From assembly GCF_009914755.1 (NCBI RefSeq), contig NC_060938.1: 64,000 nt of DNA. One strand, 5' to 3'. The translations under genes and the position numbers were made by a program. The notes beneath the pieces are model-generated. The model was not told the origin of the DNA. It did not search any database and worked only from the letters and a program-made list of their open reading frames with translations. Source of the stretch: the human T2T-CHM13v2.0 reference genome, Homo sapiens. Positions 1 through 15,254 of this stretch are shown piece after piece (positions within the stretch are counted from its first letter, which is position 1; the number at the start of each line of letters is the position of its first letter).

Positions 1-94
1 AACAAATAAATGAACAGATACATCAACAAATGAATAAATTAAGGGGAGGGCTTCCTGATTAGACTCACCCCTGATCTCAGTTTGGTTTTCTTCT

Positions 95-258
95 AAGCAC
101 CTATCACCATCTGACCTCATAATTCATTGACCATCTTCCCTACTAGAACATAAACTCTATGAGGGTACAAACTGGTTTTTACACTACTGTTGTCCTCACC
201 TATAATAGTGTATGGCAAATTGTACATGCTCAGTAAATATTTGTTGAATAAGTGAATA
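95..258 (+). mobile_element. LINE-2 3' end fragment
   Basis: Typical L2 terminus: ctagaacataaactctatgaggg...tgctcagtaaatatttgttgaataagtgaat. Confidence 0.75.
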
Positions 259-1058
259 GCTGAACTGAACAGGAAATGTCTCTATAAGACCTTTGAGGTT
301 TAACCCTAAGACTTTAAGAGTAATGCTCCAGTTCCCTCCCTCGCCCAGTTCCCCATTTCTAGTTTCACACCAGAAGAACATGACTACGTTCTGAGCTTGT
401 GATCATTTCCCTTTAAATAATGCCCTATGGATCACTTCGAAACACTAGAGATTACTTGTCATGATACTGGTTACTGTCCCTACTTTTCCCCTGGGATTTT
501 TTTTTTCTTAATGGCAAACCTTCAAAGAGGTTCCACCTGCACCAAAAATAGAAAATTCCACATAAATATAATGGCTTTCCCTGCTCTTTTTTAAGTACCT
601 TAAACTCATTATCTTTTATCTTTGAGAAGATCTCTGAAGCCAAATCACACAGAACTGAAAGATATTCTCATTTCTTTTTCCATAGGAAAAACAAAAACAA
701 AAAACTCTGCTATTTAGAAAAAATGCTGGGAGGGGGCACTATAACCTATTGCACCTATAAGTGTCTGTAAGTCACTTCCCCTGGCACCATCTGCTTCCAA
801 TATTACAAGTCTCCTCTATTTGAATAATGACACAATACCTTTTCCCCCTAATTGATTACTATCTTTTTAATTACAAAAAGGTCTTTACTACTAAACCAAT
901 GGCAAAAAGCAGGTCATACTAACTGTTATAAAATAATATAGCATTTCCCCACTTGCAAAGATTCATACATTAAATGTCTGATAATTCTCAAAATCAGTTA
1001 GGCCATCAAAAGTCAAAGCCAAGCTGCTTGTAAATCACATTTAAAAATCTGACAGTAA

Positions 1059-1486
1059 GCTGGGCGCCGTGGCTTATGCCTGTAATCCCAGCACTTTGGG
1101 AGGCCGAGGCGGGTGGATCACGAGGTCAGGAGATTGAGACCACCCTGGCTAACATGGTGAAAGCCCGTCTCTACTAAAAATACAAAAAGAAATTAGCCAG
1201 GCGTGGTGGCTCACACCTGTAATCCCAGCACTTTGGGAGGCTGAGGCGGGTGGATCACGAGGTCAGGAGATTGAGACCATCCTGGCTAACACGGTGAAAA
1301 CCCATCTCTACTAAAAATACAAAAAATTAGCCGGGCATAGTGGCGGGCGCCTGTGGTCCCAGATACTCAGGAGGCTGAGGCAGGAGAATGGCATGAACCC
1401 AGGAGGCGGAGCTTGCAGTGAGCTGAGATCCTGCCACTGCACCTCAGCCTGGGCAACAGAGCAAGACTCTGTCTCAAAAAAAAAAA
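1059..1486 (+). mobile_element. AluY-like element with duplicated left monomer (left-left-right)
   Basis: Two left arms (about 1059-1195 and 1196-1329), a right arm and poly-A; 16-bp TSD aaaaatctgacagtaa at 1043-1058 and 1487-1502. Confidence 0.95.
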
Positions 1487-2639
1487 AAAAATCTGACAGT
1501 AATAATGTCTTTATATTCAGTCAACAAGCTTCCTCATGTAGATAAATAAGTAAAATAAAATAAACTTCACTTTATAACTCTAATCTCATTATAAGAATTC
1601 GAACACAGAAAAGGAAATTTATTAACTAATTACTATGAAGTTATATGGCTTGGTAGTAAACATTCAAAGCATGCAAAAAGACGTGGAATTCTTCAGTTGG
1701 AGACAATACTCAGGAAATAATATAGTTTTTTAAATAATTAATTATAACATACTCAGTCTAAGATATTTCTTTAAAAACAATGCATAATTAAAATTATTCA
1801 CATATATCTGAATGAGTAAACAGATTTTGAATGGAACCAAATACATTAAAGTGTACTTGTGAGTTTTTAGAACACTTTCTTATATAATTCAGTACTAGTC
1901 AAATTAACTCTTCATTCCTAGAGACTTAAGGGCAAAAGGTTGCAAGGCTTAAGTAGTAGTTTTGAAAAATTAACACTTTACTACTCAGAATACATGTGAA
2001 TAAATGTGCCACATCTACAATCTGCAAAACAAGTTCACTTCTTTCTGCTGTGGGTGCTATTCCTGAAAAAATCAAAGCGATTATAAAACAGGCACCTTGT
2101 TTTTTTAGACATGACCCACTGTGTTGCAGCGAAGGCTGCGGAGGGAAAAAAGTTCTATTGCAGCAAGCAAATGGCTACACTTTTCTGAAAGAATGAAATC
2201 CAAACTAAATCACATCGTGTGTAGCTCAGAAAGGGACATGAAGATACTCTTCTTAATGTAAGGCAAGATAGGTGATATATCTCCTAATGGTAAAAGCTGC
2301 AAGATAAGAAAGAGGTCTTGCCTGAGAACCAGCTACTCAGAGTTGCTGCAATCAACCCAAGAAACACTACATTGAGATATCACGTTAATTCAAACTTGAG
2401 CTCATTCAGCTCAAATATCACCTGGGGAAGTTGTTGCCCAGAGCTGATACAGGAAGATACTTGTTTTACAGCTATAACTTTAGAAATTAAATTTAAATTA
2501 CTGATATAATTTTAAGATTCCATGTATTGCAAATGCCTTTTCACTTAATAAACATACCTATGTGTATTTAAACATGTACAATTTAGGAACTGCCTTTAAA
2601 ATATTACCTCCTGTCCTTTTAAGTAGGTGTTCTTCCTCT

Positions 2640-2740
2640 CCCTTCATAGATAAGGAAACAGATACTTAAATAATTTAAATGACATTCCTAAGGGCACTGG
2701 ATAATAAGTTGACTCAAATTTAGGTTATTTGACTCCAGGA
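2640..2740 (-). mobile_element. MIR fragment
   Basis: atagataaggaaacaga...cctaagggcac resembles the reverse MIR core. Confidence 0.55.
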
Positions 2741-3274
2741 GCAACTGACATTCCACTAAACCAACTTTCCAGCTTTTCCCAGATCTTTATCTTCCCCAAT
2801 TATGGGTTAATTCCGTAATTAGTTTAAAAATTCCACACTTACTAAAAGAATATACCAGTCCAATTTTCGAACCTAGATGAAATGGACCTCCCCTTCCATT
2901 ACTTACTTTTTAATATTTGTATTAAAAATTATTTCAAAATATACTAAACAAGCCAAATTAAACTCATTTGTCTGCCAGAATAAAGTACAAATGGCAAAAT
3001 TTAGCCCAACAAACTATGACTAGCACCTCTTAAACTGAATATAACTTATAGCAAATGACAGCTTTGAAGAAAAAAAAATGGAATGGAGAAAAGAGGGCTT
3101 TCTGTTTGATTGGTGCCACTTCTCACAAACTGAGATGGTTTTAGCTTGGTAATCTCAAATACCAGATGCCCTGACTTGTACAAACTATATCCTGACACAC
3201 CTTCACTAAAAGATTTTATACCATACATAACCTGACCTTACCTCTTCAAGTGTTTTTAAATTGTATTTATAATT

Positions 3275-4855
<1,581 letters not shown>

Positions 4856-7206
4856 TAAAACAAAATTAGCTTTGACTTTGATAAAGACAGCAACATTCTA
4901 ATAATCTGAATTATTTTGCCACTCTTTATAGAGAATTTCTTACTGAATGGCTGTAGCATAGTTCAAGGTTTCCTTTCAATCACCTCACAAGTGGGAAATA
5001 CACATATATTAAGTAAAACTGGCAGAAAAGAGTCAGTTTAGGAGTCAAAAATTAAACAGCTTATTTATTTCACATTACAGACATTTAGGTAGGTCCCTTT
5101 AGTATCCTTTCAATATCATTCTCTTTGTCTTTTAATTAATAAGGTAGGTACATATTATTACTCATAGATTAAGGCAAAAACAAGATATCAGATATAAAAG
5201 TGTTTTGAAGACAGTGGAATTAAAAATGAAGTGGTTTTAACTAAATATTTCACCAATATGAGGAAAATCCCACTCCCCTGGAGATCGAAATGAGCCATCT
5301 TATTCTTCAGTTCTATTGTCTGTTCTATCGTCAACTCTAGTTTTTCCTTTCTCTCGAAATCTCTCACTCTACTTTGTTTAAAACAAACAAGCATGGATTT
5401 TAGACTTCTGGACTCGATTTGGCTTTTAGGACTAAATGTTGAATGTTAGACAAGCCCTGAGGAGATTTATATCTCCTCTGATCACAAAGTGACATATTAT
5501 AACTGAAGAAAAACAGAGAAAAATAAATAAAGATATAATGAAAAATTAACCAAAGTACATGAGGAAAATGTGACAACCTTCTCTCCCCCTTGGTTTTCAA
5601 GCTTCCTTGGAGCATTCTACAATCTTACTCTTTTTCAGGTTTGGATAATGTCCATTATATCTGGAGAACTGTGTCATGAAATACACACTTTTTCCCCAAC
5701 AAAAATCAGTAGAGCATACAGAGTTTTTCAAAGAATCTAAGGTAAAATAATATAATCTCAAAAACACAAATGAATAACGGCAGTTTTAGCTACTTCTGGG
5801 AAACAATGTGGTGGTGAAGAACAGCTAAAATAATTTTTATGGTAAACCTGAAGTTAAACAGTATGATATTGTGTGCGGTAAAAATGCTTGTTTTTTCAAA
5901 ATTCAGATGTAAGGTATCAGTTAAAGCATAAAATTTTTCTCTGAAGTAAGATAATAAAGAAAATATTTATTTTATAAATTAAATAAGAGAACTTAGCCAC
6001 ATTAATTAAAACATTTTGTCACTACTGGACAATGACCATATGTGAATTCCACAGGCAACATATTAATATTCCAACCAATATAACACAGTCAGAAGACAAC
6101 TATATAACTGTACAGAAAGAATCAAAGAACATATATATATATTAAGTTTCATTCCAACCTACAAAGAGCCTGCACTTAAAAGTCTTAAAGGTTTCCTGAA
6201 TCATGGAATCTCAACTTACCTGCCAATTAATCCAGTTCTCTCTTTTTAAATGCAGACTCCAACCTTAAACAGAAGGCATATTCTAGCTGACTTCTAAGTG
6301 TGTCCAAAGCATACCTCAGAGAGCCAAGTGGTCTGTGTTCAATACCTATTCTTTCTATAGAATCTCAAAAGTGGCAGTATGATGAAAAGAAAAGCTACTT
6401 TTTCTCCTAAAAATACCCCCCTTCATCATCAGTGTGTTGTCATTTTTGCATCACAAAGAATAGACATTCTAAATGTTCCCTTCCACACAGAAAGACATAA
6501 GAGAGAATGTGAGTATGAGTGAGAGTGTGTAGGTAAGTTGAGGGATAGTTTGCTATCCAAAATGAATCATTTTGAAGATGACTTTGTAAAGAAGTAATAT
6601 AGTTAAAAATCTCAAGAGCATGAGATTGAGGAGGGCAGGGAAATAAAGGACCTAGGAATGGAAAAGAGTTAACAGCCCATGTGAATAACATAGCACAAAC
6701 CTACCAGGTTTATTTCTGTGAATTCTCACACAGTTTGCTGGAAGATGCTCCTGAATTGTTTATAGGTCTAATCTTTAAGCCACATGCTCAAATAATTGTA
6801 TCAGGTTTTCCCCCCAAATAGCTGTTCTTTAATGAACAGAGAAATCAGGGTAGTATCCTCCTGTCTTTAACCATTTTCTGTATTTTTCTGAGACACAAGT
6901 CACATGTGCCAACAACATCTAACTATAAAAATATACACAAAACTGCTACCAATGTATATCTATATTATCAATTGGTCAGGAAAAACTTACTGGACACTAA
7001 TATGCAAGATGCAATGGACTCATGTGCCAAAGAATCACAGGATCAAATGCATTATGAAGATAAGGGAAGCATCACCAGAGTGGGTGACTGTTTGTCTTAT
7101 TCCCTTTGTAATTACCTCTAGTCTCCAACACAACAGAATAGGCACTGAATAAACAGCCGTTAAATAAATAGGTTTTTTTAAAATGGTGCAAATAAGGAAA
7201 TCAAAA

Positions 7207-7613
7207 TGGTTACAGTTTGCTGTGGTTCCAACGTCCCTATAAAACCCATGTTGAAACTGAATTACTATTGTGATGGTATTAGAAGCTGAGGCCATTAAGA
7301 AGTGAAGTGATTCATCCTTGAGGGCTCTGCCCTCATGAATGGATTTATGTCTTTATTGTTTGAGTTGGTTCATTATCACAAGAGTGGCTTGTTATAAAAA
7401 GCAAGTTTGGCCCCATTTGCTCTCTTGCTTTTGAGCTCTCTTGCATTTCCATCTTCTGTCATGGGATGATGAGGCACAAATGCCCTCACCATATGTCAAT
7501 GCCACGCTCTTAGATTTCCCAGTCTCCAGAACCAGAAGACAAATAAAGTTCTGTTCATTATAAATTACTCAGTCTGTGATATTCTGTTACAGCAGCATAA
7601 AAGGACTAAGACA
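7207..7613 (+). mobile_element. MaLR solo LTR (MST family)
   Basis: gagggctctgccctcatgaatggatt core; ends gcagcataaaaggactaagaca. Confidence 0.85.
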
Positions 7614-8349
7614 TGGTTGTTTTAGTTACCTGGGTCTTGCCACTTACCATGTCTCTGTGCTGCTTTCTGGCAACAGCAGCAAATCCCAAATTCCACTTAC
7701 CTGGCTTCTCTCCAGATTACCTATAACAACAAACCTTCTGCTAGTCCTGTATGTTACTGACTATCCATTAACTTCCATACATCTGGGATACAATAATAAT
7801 TGACAATTCAGGTTTATAAGATATTTTTTAACCTAGAAAGATTGTCTTGCACTCAGTATTCTTTGAATATAATTTTTAAAAAATCTATAATTTTGCATTA
7901 TCCAAAAATCAAAATGAACAAAAAGTACTGTTTTCAGCCATGTCAGATGATGATGTTTATTACAGATAAATCATTCTGAAATTTCACATAAGATAAAGTG
8001 ATACAGAAAAGCAGCCATAAAAATTTAGAAACTATATTGCTGATATTTCAGACCAAAAAAAAAAAAGGTTTAACCTTGAATACCTTAACTATGCCATTTA
8101 AACATCTAACATATCCCTCTCCATCAGCTTCTTACTGAAATAACAGGCACTACAATCATTTTATATACAAAGCAGTCAAATGGTTAATTTCTTAATTGGC
8201 TACGTATTAGCATCATATACCATTCTATACTATGTAGTTGGTTTTTATTTAGCAGCTATACATGAGAAAAATTCTCCTTAATCTTCCATGATCAAATATT
8301 TTCCCCATGTCTTTCCTAAGATATTTTATTGAGACATATTACAAAGACA

Positions 8350-9690
8350 TATGAGAAACTATTACACACTCAAGGTGTTTAAGTCTAGTTGGGAAAATAA
8401 GATCTGTGAGACAAAGAATAAAATACAGTGAAAGCACAGACAAAAGGAGGCAGACACAACTCTGCATGTTTAGGGGAGAGACAGATGACACAACAGGGGA
8501 TGGGGGCAGTGCAGAAAGAGGTGATTAGAAATGACTTCCAGGAGTTGATGCTTACAGGATGGATGGGATTTAGACAGAGAAAAAGGAAAGGCATAGAGCA
8601 GATCTAAACAGGATTTACAAAGAAGAATGTGGCAGAGGTAGGAGGTTACTAAATGGCATCATTGGAGAATCAAGTTAGAATGATAAAAGTATTGTGGCAG
8701 CTTGTGAGCACCGGATTTTGTTTTATAGACAAGTCTGGAGCACTTGAAGGCATGAACTGAGACTTATATACCAAGTGCCTAATGAAGCCTCACACATGGT
8801 GGACACTCAAATCTAACAATCCTCACTTCCCCTCCACTTGACATTGGCCTCTTACACCCATAGTCTCACCCCCAAAATTGTTCTAAGAACTGCTGGACAC
8901 TTATAATTTTCTAATGTCATCTGGCTGCAATCTTTTATCTTTCTGGCTCTCTCAACTGCTCATTCCCACTATACCTGCTCCTCAATTGGATAGAAGCTTC
9001 AATCTCATAATTTTGGCACTGTCTATAAATTCCTTCCCAACATCATTCTGTAGTGGGGGAGACAGAAAATAACAAAGCAAATAAATGTATGTTTAGAACT
9101 GTTAATGTACTATAAGAAAAACAATGTAACAAAAGAGAGTTGCAGGGAAGGCCCATTTACATAGTGGTTGGGGAAAGAATCTTCAAGGAGTGACATTTAA
9201 ATGTCACAAGATAAGACATGAAGAAAGGGAAGAAACTTTGAAAAGAACAGGGAATAGAATATCCTAGCAAGAGGAACAGCAAAAGCTCACCGTGCAAAGG
9301 CTCAACTGAGAAAGATCCTGGCCTCATCTGTGCACAGAAAGGTGGCCAGTGTTGCTGGAATTCAATGGGTAAAGGATGAAATACAATGAAATGAGGTTTG
9401 AGAGGGTGGCAGGGGCCACATCACACAAGACTCTGTGAGCTATGACAAAGACTCTGAAATTTAGGAAAATGGTAATGGGACTTCCTTGAAAAGTTTTAAG
9501 CAGGACGGTCATGTGATCAAATCTGTGTTGCTAAAAGATGCCCATGGCTGTGCCATGAAGGAGTGGTACAGAGGCAGAATGAGCCAGGGGGTATCTGCAG
9601 GAAGGTTTCTGACACTCTGCTTAGTGCAGAGCCTGGCATATAGGAAATGTCCCAAAAGTAGATGATGGAGTTAATGAATAAATGAGCCAA
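8350..9690 (-). mobile_element. Cluster of degenerate LINE-2 fragments (mostly minus; plus-strand L2 tail at about 9620-9685)
   Basis: Purine-rich L2 antisense motifs such as gaggaacagc..gtgcaaaggc and ggccagtgttgctgga. Confidence 0.65.
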
Positions 9691-11028
9691 CAACCCAGAA
9701 ATTTGGAAGAGGCAGTTACAAATTAGTTTTAGAATACTTAGTCTGTGTTTTAAACTATAAAGAATCTATGAAGGAAACAGGGTGGGATTAGTCATAGACC
9801 CTGAATATTTGAACCACTAGAAAGCATTCTACAGTTGATTCTGATTTCTCAAAATTAAAAGTCAGCATTTATAGGCTTTCCATATTCCAAAACAGCTTAA
9901 CAGAATAGGGATCTTATTTATGCAAAAAGATTAAATTGCTCTGCGTAAGCTGTTCCTCGACTTCAATAACAGTCTTTTGTTTGTTTACCTTATGTCTGGC
10001 CAAGTGTGTTTATGTGTATGTTGTGAGTGTGTATGTGTGTGTGTAATGTATATGTTCAGAGATGCTGATGACTGATGGTCAATCAAGAAAAACCCACGCT
10101 GAAATTGTTAAGAGCTGGGAAGTGAGCCAGTTTGCAATCACTATAGGAACTGCTTGAGCAAAATTCCTTGCTACCACTCTGGTAATAAGCATTCTTCAAA
10201 AGATGCCACTTTGCATAGTTTAGTCCTCTCTGATGCAAAAGATGTCTCTTCTGAAATCAGTCTGAATTGTTTTAAAAAGGAGTGTCAATAAAATTAAACC
10301 CAACCTATACACTGATTTCAAGAACAATAAAAATAAATAGTAGCCTTATGCTGTAAAGAAGTCTGTATGAAGCGTATGGAGGTACATACACTTGGAGAGA
10401 TTTGGCACTGAATCTTACCTTCACTGCATTTTTTTCATTTAGTTTTCATAAACTTATATAATAGAGGAATGAGAGGTGAAAAATCCAATAATTACTACTA
10501 ACAATTTTTCCTCAAAAATAATGAAGAAGAGAAATAGGTTTACTTGGAGTAAAGTGCAGCTTTTCAAAAAGACACATTTTTAAAAAGCAAAAATTGATAG
10601 ATTATTAGCATATAAATTCACATTCTTTTGCTTTGCAAATGTTTTCATGGAACAATGAAACACTAGGCACAGTAATATCAAGTTATTATTCTAGTTCCTA
10701 TGGAAACATGCATTCTACTTACTGAGGCCAATCGATACGGACACAAGTGCAAGGCAAATACACTTAGGGAGAAATCATATAATTTATATCTCTAGTAAAA
10801 TGTGCTCATAGCTATCAGAAATAATAGCAAAAAAAGAACTCAAAAGTCACTGAGGAATGTTCTCTGAAGTTATTAGCCACTAGTACCATTATGAAAATCA
10901 AAGCAAAACATAATCCTAAATTCTAGAATCCTACACTTGGATTTGGTGTGTGCAAACAAACATCAAGCATACAAAGATGAAGGCTGAAAACAAACTAGAT
11001 CCAGCTCTTACTTTAAAAAAGAAGAAGA

Positions 11029-11325
11029 GGCTGGGTGTGGTGGCTCATGCCTGTAATCCCAGCACTTTGGGAGGCCGAGGAGGATGGATCACCTGAGATT
11101 AGGAGTTTGAGACCAGCCTGGCCAACATGGTGAAACCCTATCTGTACTAAAAATACAAAAATTAGTTGGGCATGGTGCCACGTGCCTGTAATCCCAACTA
11201 CTCAAGAGGAGGCAGGAGAATTGCTTGAACCTGGGATGGGGAGGTTGCAGCAAGCAGAGATCGCACCATTGTACCCCAGTCTGGACAAGAGCGAAACTCC
11301 ATCTCAAAAAGAAAAAAAAAAAAAG
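11029..11325 (+). mobile_element. AluS
   Basis: Full dimeric Alu with A-rich tail. Confidence 0.95.
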
Positions 11326-11579
11326 AAGAAAGAAAGAAATATTTGCCTATGCTGAACATCACCTTGTTCAGTAAATCTCAGTAACCAAAAATGAACAGGA
11401 ATCTCATAAATAAGGTCATACAGAAAAGAATACATAGTACTTTTTGTAAAGCTGTTAGTTATAAAGAATTTGACACCACAAGAGAATTAGATAAAAGTAT
11501 AAATATATTTAAAAATCAAACAGCAAATATTTCTTGGGGACTTTACTGTGTGCCAAGCACTATGCTATGGTCCCCCAGT

Positions 11580-12500
11580 CTTTTTTAATCTCATTATATT
11601 TATTCTCAAGTCTGCCCAGAGCGACAGCATAAAAACTAACCTATTTCTACACCATTTTTCTACATTAAACACCCACTCAAACAAGGAGCCCAATGTAGTC
11701 CATGTTCTTCCTCTTTTTATTTTGGCCTACAATATTTGCTTTTCTTTGAAAGATTGCCATGGCAGGGGGTGACTGGCGAGAGGTGGGTATCTTCTTCTCA
11801 AAAAAGGAAGATCACCATCATTGCCCACTTTCTCCTTTCCTCATTCTTAATGATTCTCCTTCAATATGGTTAACTTATGGCTCCACAGTCATCAACTCCA
11901 GCTGATTTTCACTTATTATTATTACCGAGGTGGGGCAAATAAAAGCAATCAGGTGAAACCCTTGGTTCAGATTTCCTCCATATTTCATGAAATCCATCAA
12001 ACAAATGCCCAGATTATATTTCACTGTAAGATGAGCAAAAGCACACCTCTTCAGCTGCACCCCCTTTCCTCGTGCATTCATGGATGCCAAAATCAGAACC
12101 TACAGTTCAGGAGCTGCACACAGTTGCATCTTGTTTTGAGTTTTTGTTTGCAAACTGTCAGTAAGATCAGAATAAATTGCATGATATGCAGTCCAATATG
12201 TATATTCTTGAGCACGTCTCAATGTACCCACCAAAAAATATTCATAGCTGCAGGTGTAGAAAAAAAAAGGCAGAATTATGGCTTGATTTGCCTTGATAAG
12301 CATGGTAATTTTCTGTACACTTTTCATAAAGTGCTAATCAATTTCAGCTCAAAATAGATTGAAACACCCAACAGATTGCTGCCATAGTCCACAAATGTTT
12401 GTCATTCGTAAGCTGTGGCAATAATGTGAATACAGAGGAGGGAAACTGCAACTGAACTACACCTTGTAAAAATTCCTTTCATTTGCTTTGTAATAACCCC
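11580..12500 (-). mobile_element. Ancient RTE-clade LINE remnant (MamRTE1/L4-like), covering the RT C-terminal region to the 3' end
   Basis: Manual minus-strand translation gives colinear RTE-like motifs across frameshifts: FVDYGSNL (FxYLGSxL), AEID*HFMK (EIxxRIxK), AIILPFFFYTC (AxILPxLLYGC), QLKRCAFAHL (QLRWxGHL), YGGNLNQG (YGELxxG), ERRKW (DRxxW), KWCRNRLVF (RxCxSRIGL). Confidence 0.6.
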
Positions 12501-13304
12501 TGAAGAAATGTTAAGAATTATTTTGAAATCACATATGTTTGTAATTTCCATTTTTTCTTGCTACATCTAAGAGTATTTCTTGTCACACAGTAATATTATG
12601 TGTCTATTATATGGTTATAAATGAATTATATTTAAAACTCAGTGTAATAATGACATTTATGACTCAGAGATCATGTTTATATTGTTTAATACTCCTCTAA
12701 AATATAATTACAGACTTTAGCTCTATTACATACAACTTAGAATTGAATCATCACAGACTTCTACACTGAATCGTCTTTTCTATCAACATGTTAAGCTATT
12801 AGAAGTAGTATAATTTTTTGAAAATGCTTTGTCAATATTCTAGTCCTTCTACCTTTGCTATTTCACAAACACTTAGAGGTGCTAATATTCATACTAATGC
12901 ACCTTTTCAATTGGCAGTGCTCTTGCCACATGAATCGCTCATCTGCCCAGGATGTTTTGCCAAACATAGGTGACAAAACTTTACTGAGGACTGTCATACT
13001 CCTACACAGGGAGCCTCTGCTCAAAACTGAGCAGAGACCTTCCCTTTGGTAAGTGTGAGCAACAATTGGAAATGACATTTAATCTGGGTATGGAATACTC
13101 TCCACGGAAAGTAGGAAATTAAATGAGAATAGATAACATTTCAAATTTTCACACCTTCCTCTTCTAAACTACAAAAGTGATAATATAATTTTTTAGGATA
13201 AAAACTATACAATTTGACTTTAGAAAAAAGAGTACTTAAAAGTTGTGACTTTAAGCAACTTCTGTGATCACCATCTGCCAAAAACTTTATTGCCAAAATG
13301 AGAG

Positions 13305-13560
13305 GCAGGAGAGTGTAGTAGATGCAGCTCTGTATTCAGAAAGTCTGAGTTCTTATTTTGAATCTGCCATTTAATATGTGACCTCGAACAAGTGACTTGC
13401 CCTCTCTGTGTTTCAGCTTGCTCATTTATAAAAAGGGGGTTATAAGTGTAACTAATGTAGGATTATCCTGAGATTAATAAATGAGATAATATGTGCAAAG
13501 ATCTGAGCAAAGCTGCTTCAAGTCAATTCTCAATTAATAGCTGCCTTATCATCACCATCT
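13305..13560 (+). mobile_element. MIR
   Basis: tgtgacctcgaacaagtgacttgccctctctgtgtttcagcttgctcatttataaaa core and aaatgagataat tail. Confidence 0.85.
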
Positions 13561-14250
13561 ACTTGAAAGAGCAGTTGTAGGCCCATGGGTATGAGTATGA
13601 TGGTAAGTGCTCTTACCCTGCTTCATATGACTTGTCCATTGAGTGCTTGTTTCTTGCTCTGGGTCCTCTTGGGTCACGTGTATTAACCTACTTTCCAAAA
13701 GAGACAATAAAATGTTTGGAAATCAAGTCAGCTCTGCATGAGGTGGTAAACTATTGGCCCAAGCTACCACCTACTAATCCAGTTAAAGTGATGAAAGGGG
13801 TGTGTGAAAGATGTAAAACACTCTTAGAATGTTTATGTTCTTGATTCACCTGCATATATGGAAAATGTCATTTTCAGTTTATTGCAGACCTAATACAGCA
13901 GCAGCTGGGTTCAGTGAAAAACAGTTTCCAGGATCTTATTCTCATAATCTATTTATATGCCTGGAACTGAGCTATATAATCACCTCTGCTAAACTGTTAG
14001 ATTGACAGAACCCATTGAGGAAGAAGTTTATGTGTTCTGACTTTGACAAACTGAATTTGAGGTTGTTTCAGGAGAGGAAATTCAAGCTATTCACGCAATT
14101 AAAAAACAGAAGCATACAATTCAGAAAAAATTTATTAGTGTACTTAAAATATAATGACAAAAATACATTTTAAACATTCTTAAATAATTACTAGAATGAA
14201 AAGGAAAAAAGCTCACTGCTCTGACTCAAAAGTCACTTAAAATCTCCACA

Positions 14251-14546
14251 CCAGGTGGGGTGGCTCACGCCTGTAATCCCAGCACTTTGAGAGGCCAAGG
14301 TGGGTGGATCACGAGTCAGGACCATCCTAGCCAACACAGTGAAACCCCATCTCTACTAAAAATACAAAAATTAGCCGGGCATGGTGGCTTGCACCTGTAG
14401 TCCCAGCTACTCGGGAGGCTGAGACAGACAGGAGAAGTGCTTGAACCCGGGAGGCGGAGGCTGCAGTGAGCCGAGATCAAGCCACTGCACTCCAGCCTGG
14501 GCAACAGAGTGAGACTTTGTCTCTAAAAAAAAAAAAAAAGAAAAAA
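14251..14546 (+). mobile_element. AluS (Sc-like)
   Basis: Alu with small indels; TSD aaaatctccacacca on both sides. Confidence 0.95.
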
Positions 14547-14882
14547 AAAATCTCCACACCAAATATATCCCTTTTCTTTCTTGCCCTTTAGAATATTTCT
14601 ACCTGGTGGTTGCTGTGGAACAAATCAATCTACAAAAGGAGTCAAAACAGAAACATATTCAAGAAAATTCAGGCTATTGACATATACATCTGTATTTAGA
14701 AGCTGTTATTTACTTGAGATCAAAGAGCCATTTGTCAGTTTCCCTTTGACACTTGATTACATTTTACATATTTGTGTTTTTCTTGAAAATGCCAAAACAT
14801 CAGCACAAACAACTTCTAGGATAAACTATCACCATATTCACTTTTCCAAAGGCAAATTAAATATTATACAATGCATAAGTGA

Positions 14883-15254
<372 letters not shown>

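Noticed and set aside
11700-12200. Resemblance to Gypsy integrase (TAYH) or BEL/Pao RT (FYLPH)
   Set aside because: Isolated short matches; the RTE reading explains many more motifs in the correct order
11866-12357. 163-aa plus-strand ORF as a real CDS
   Set aside because: No recognisable domain, promoter or splice context; it is the antisense frame of the RTE fossil, and one ORF of this length is not very improbable in 64 kb
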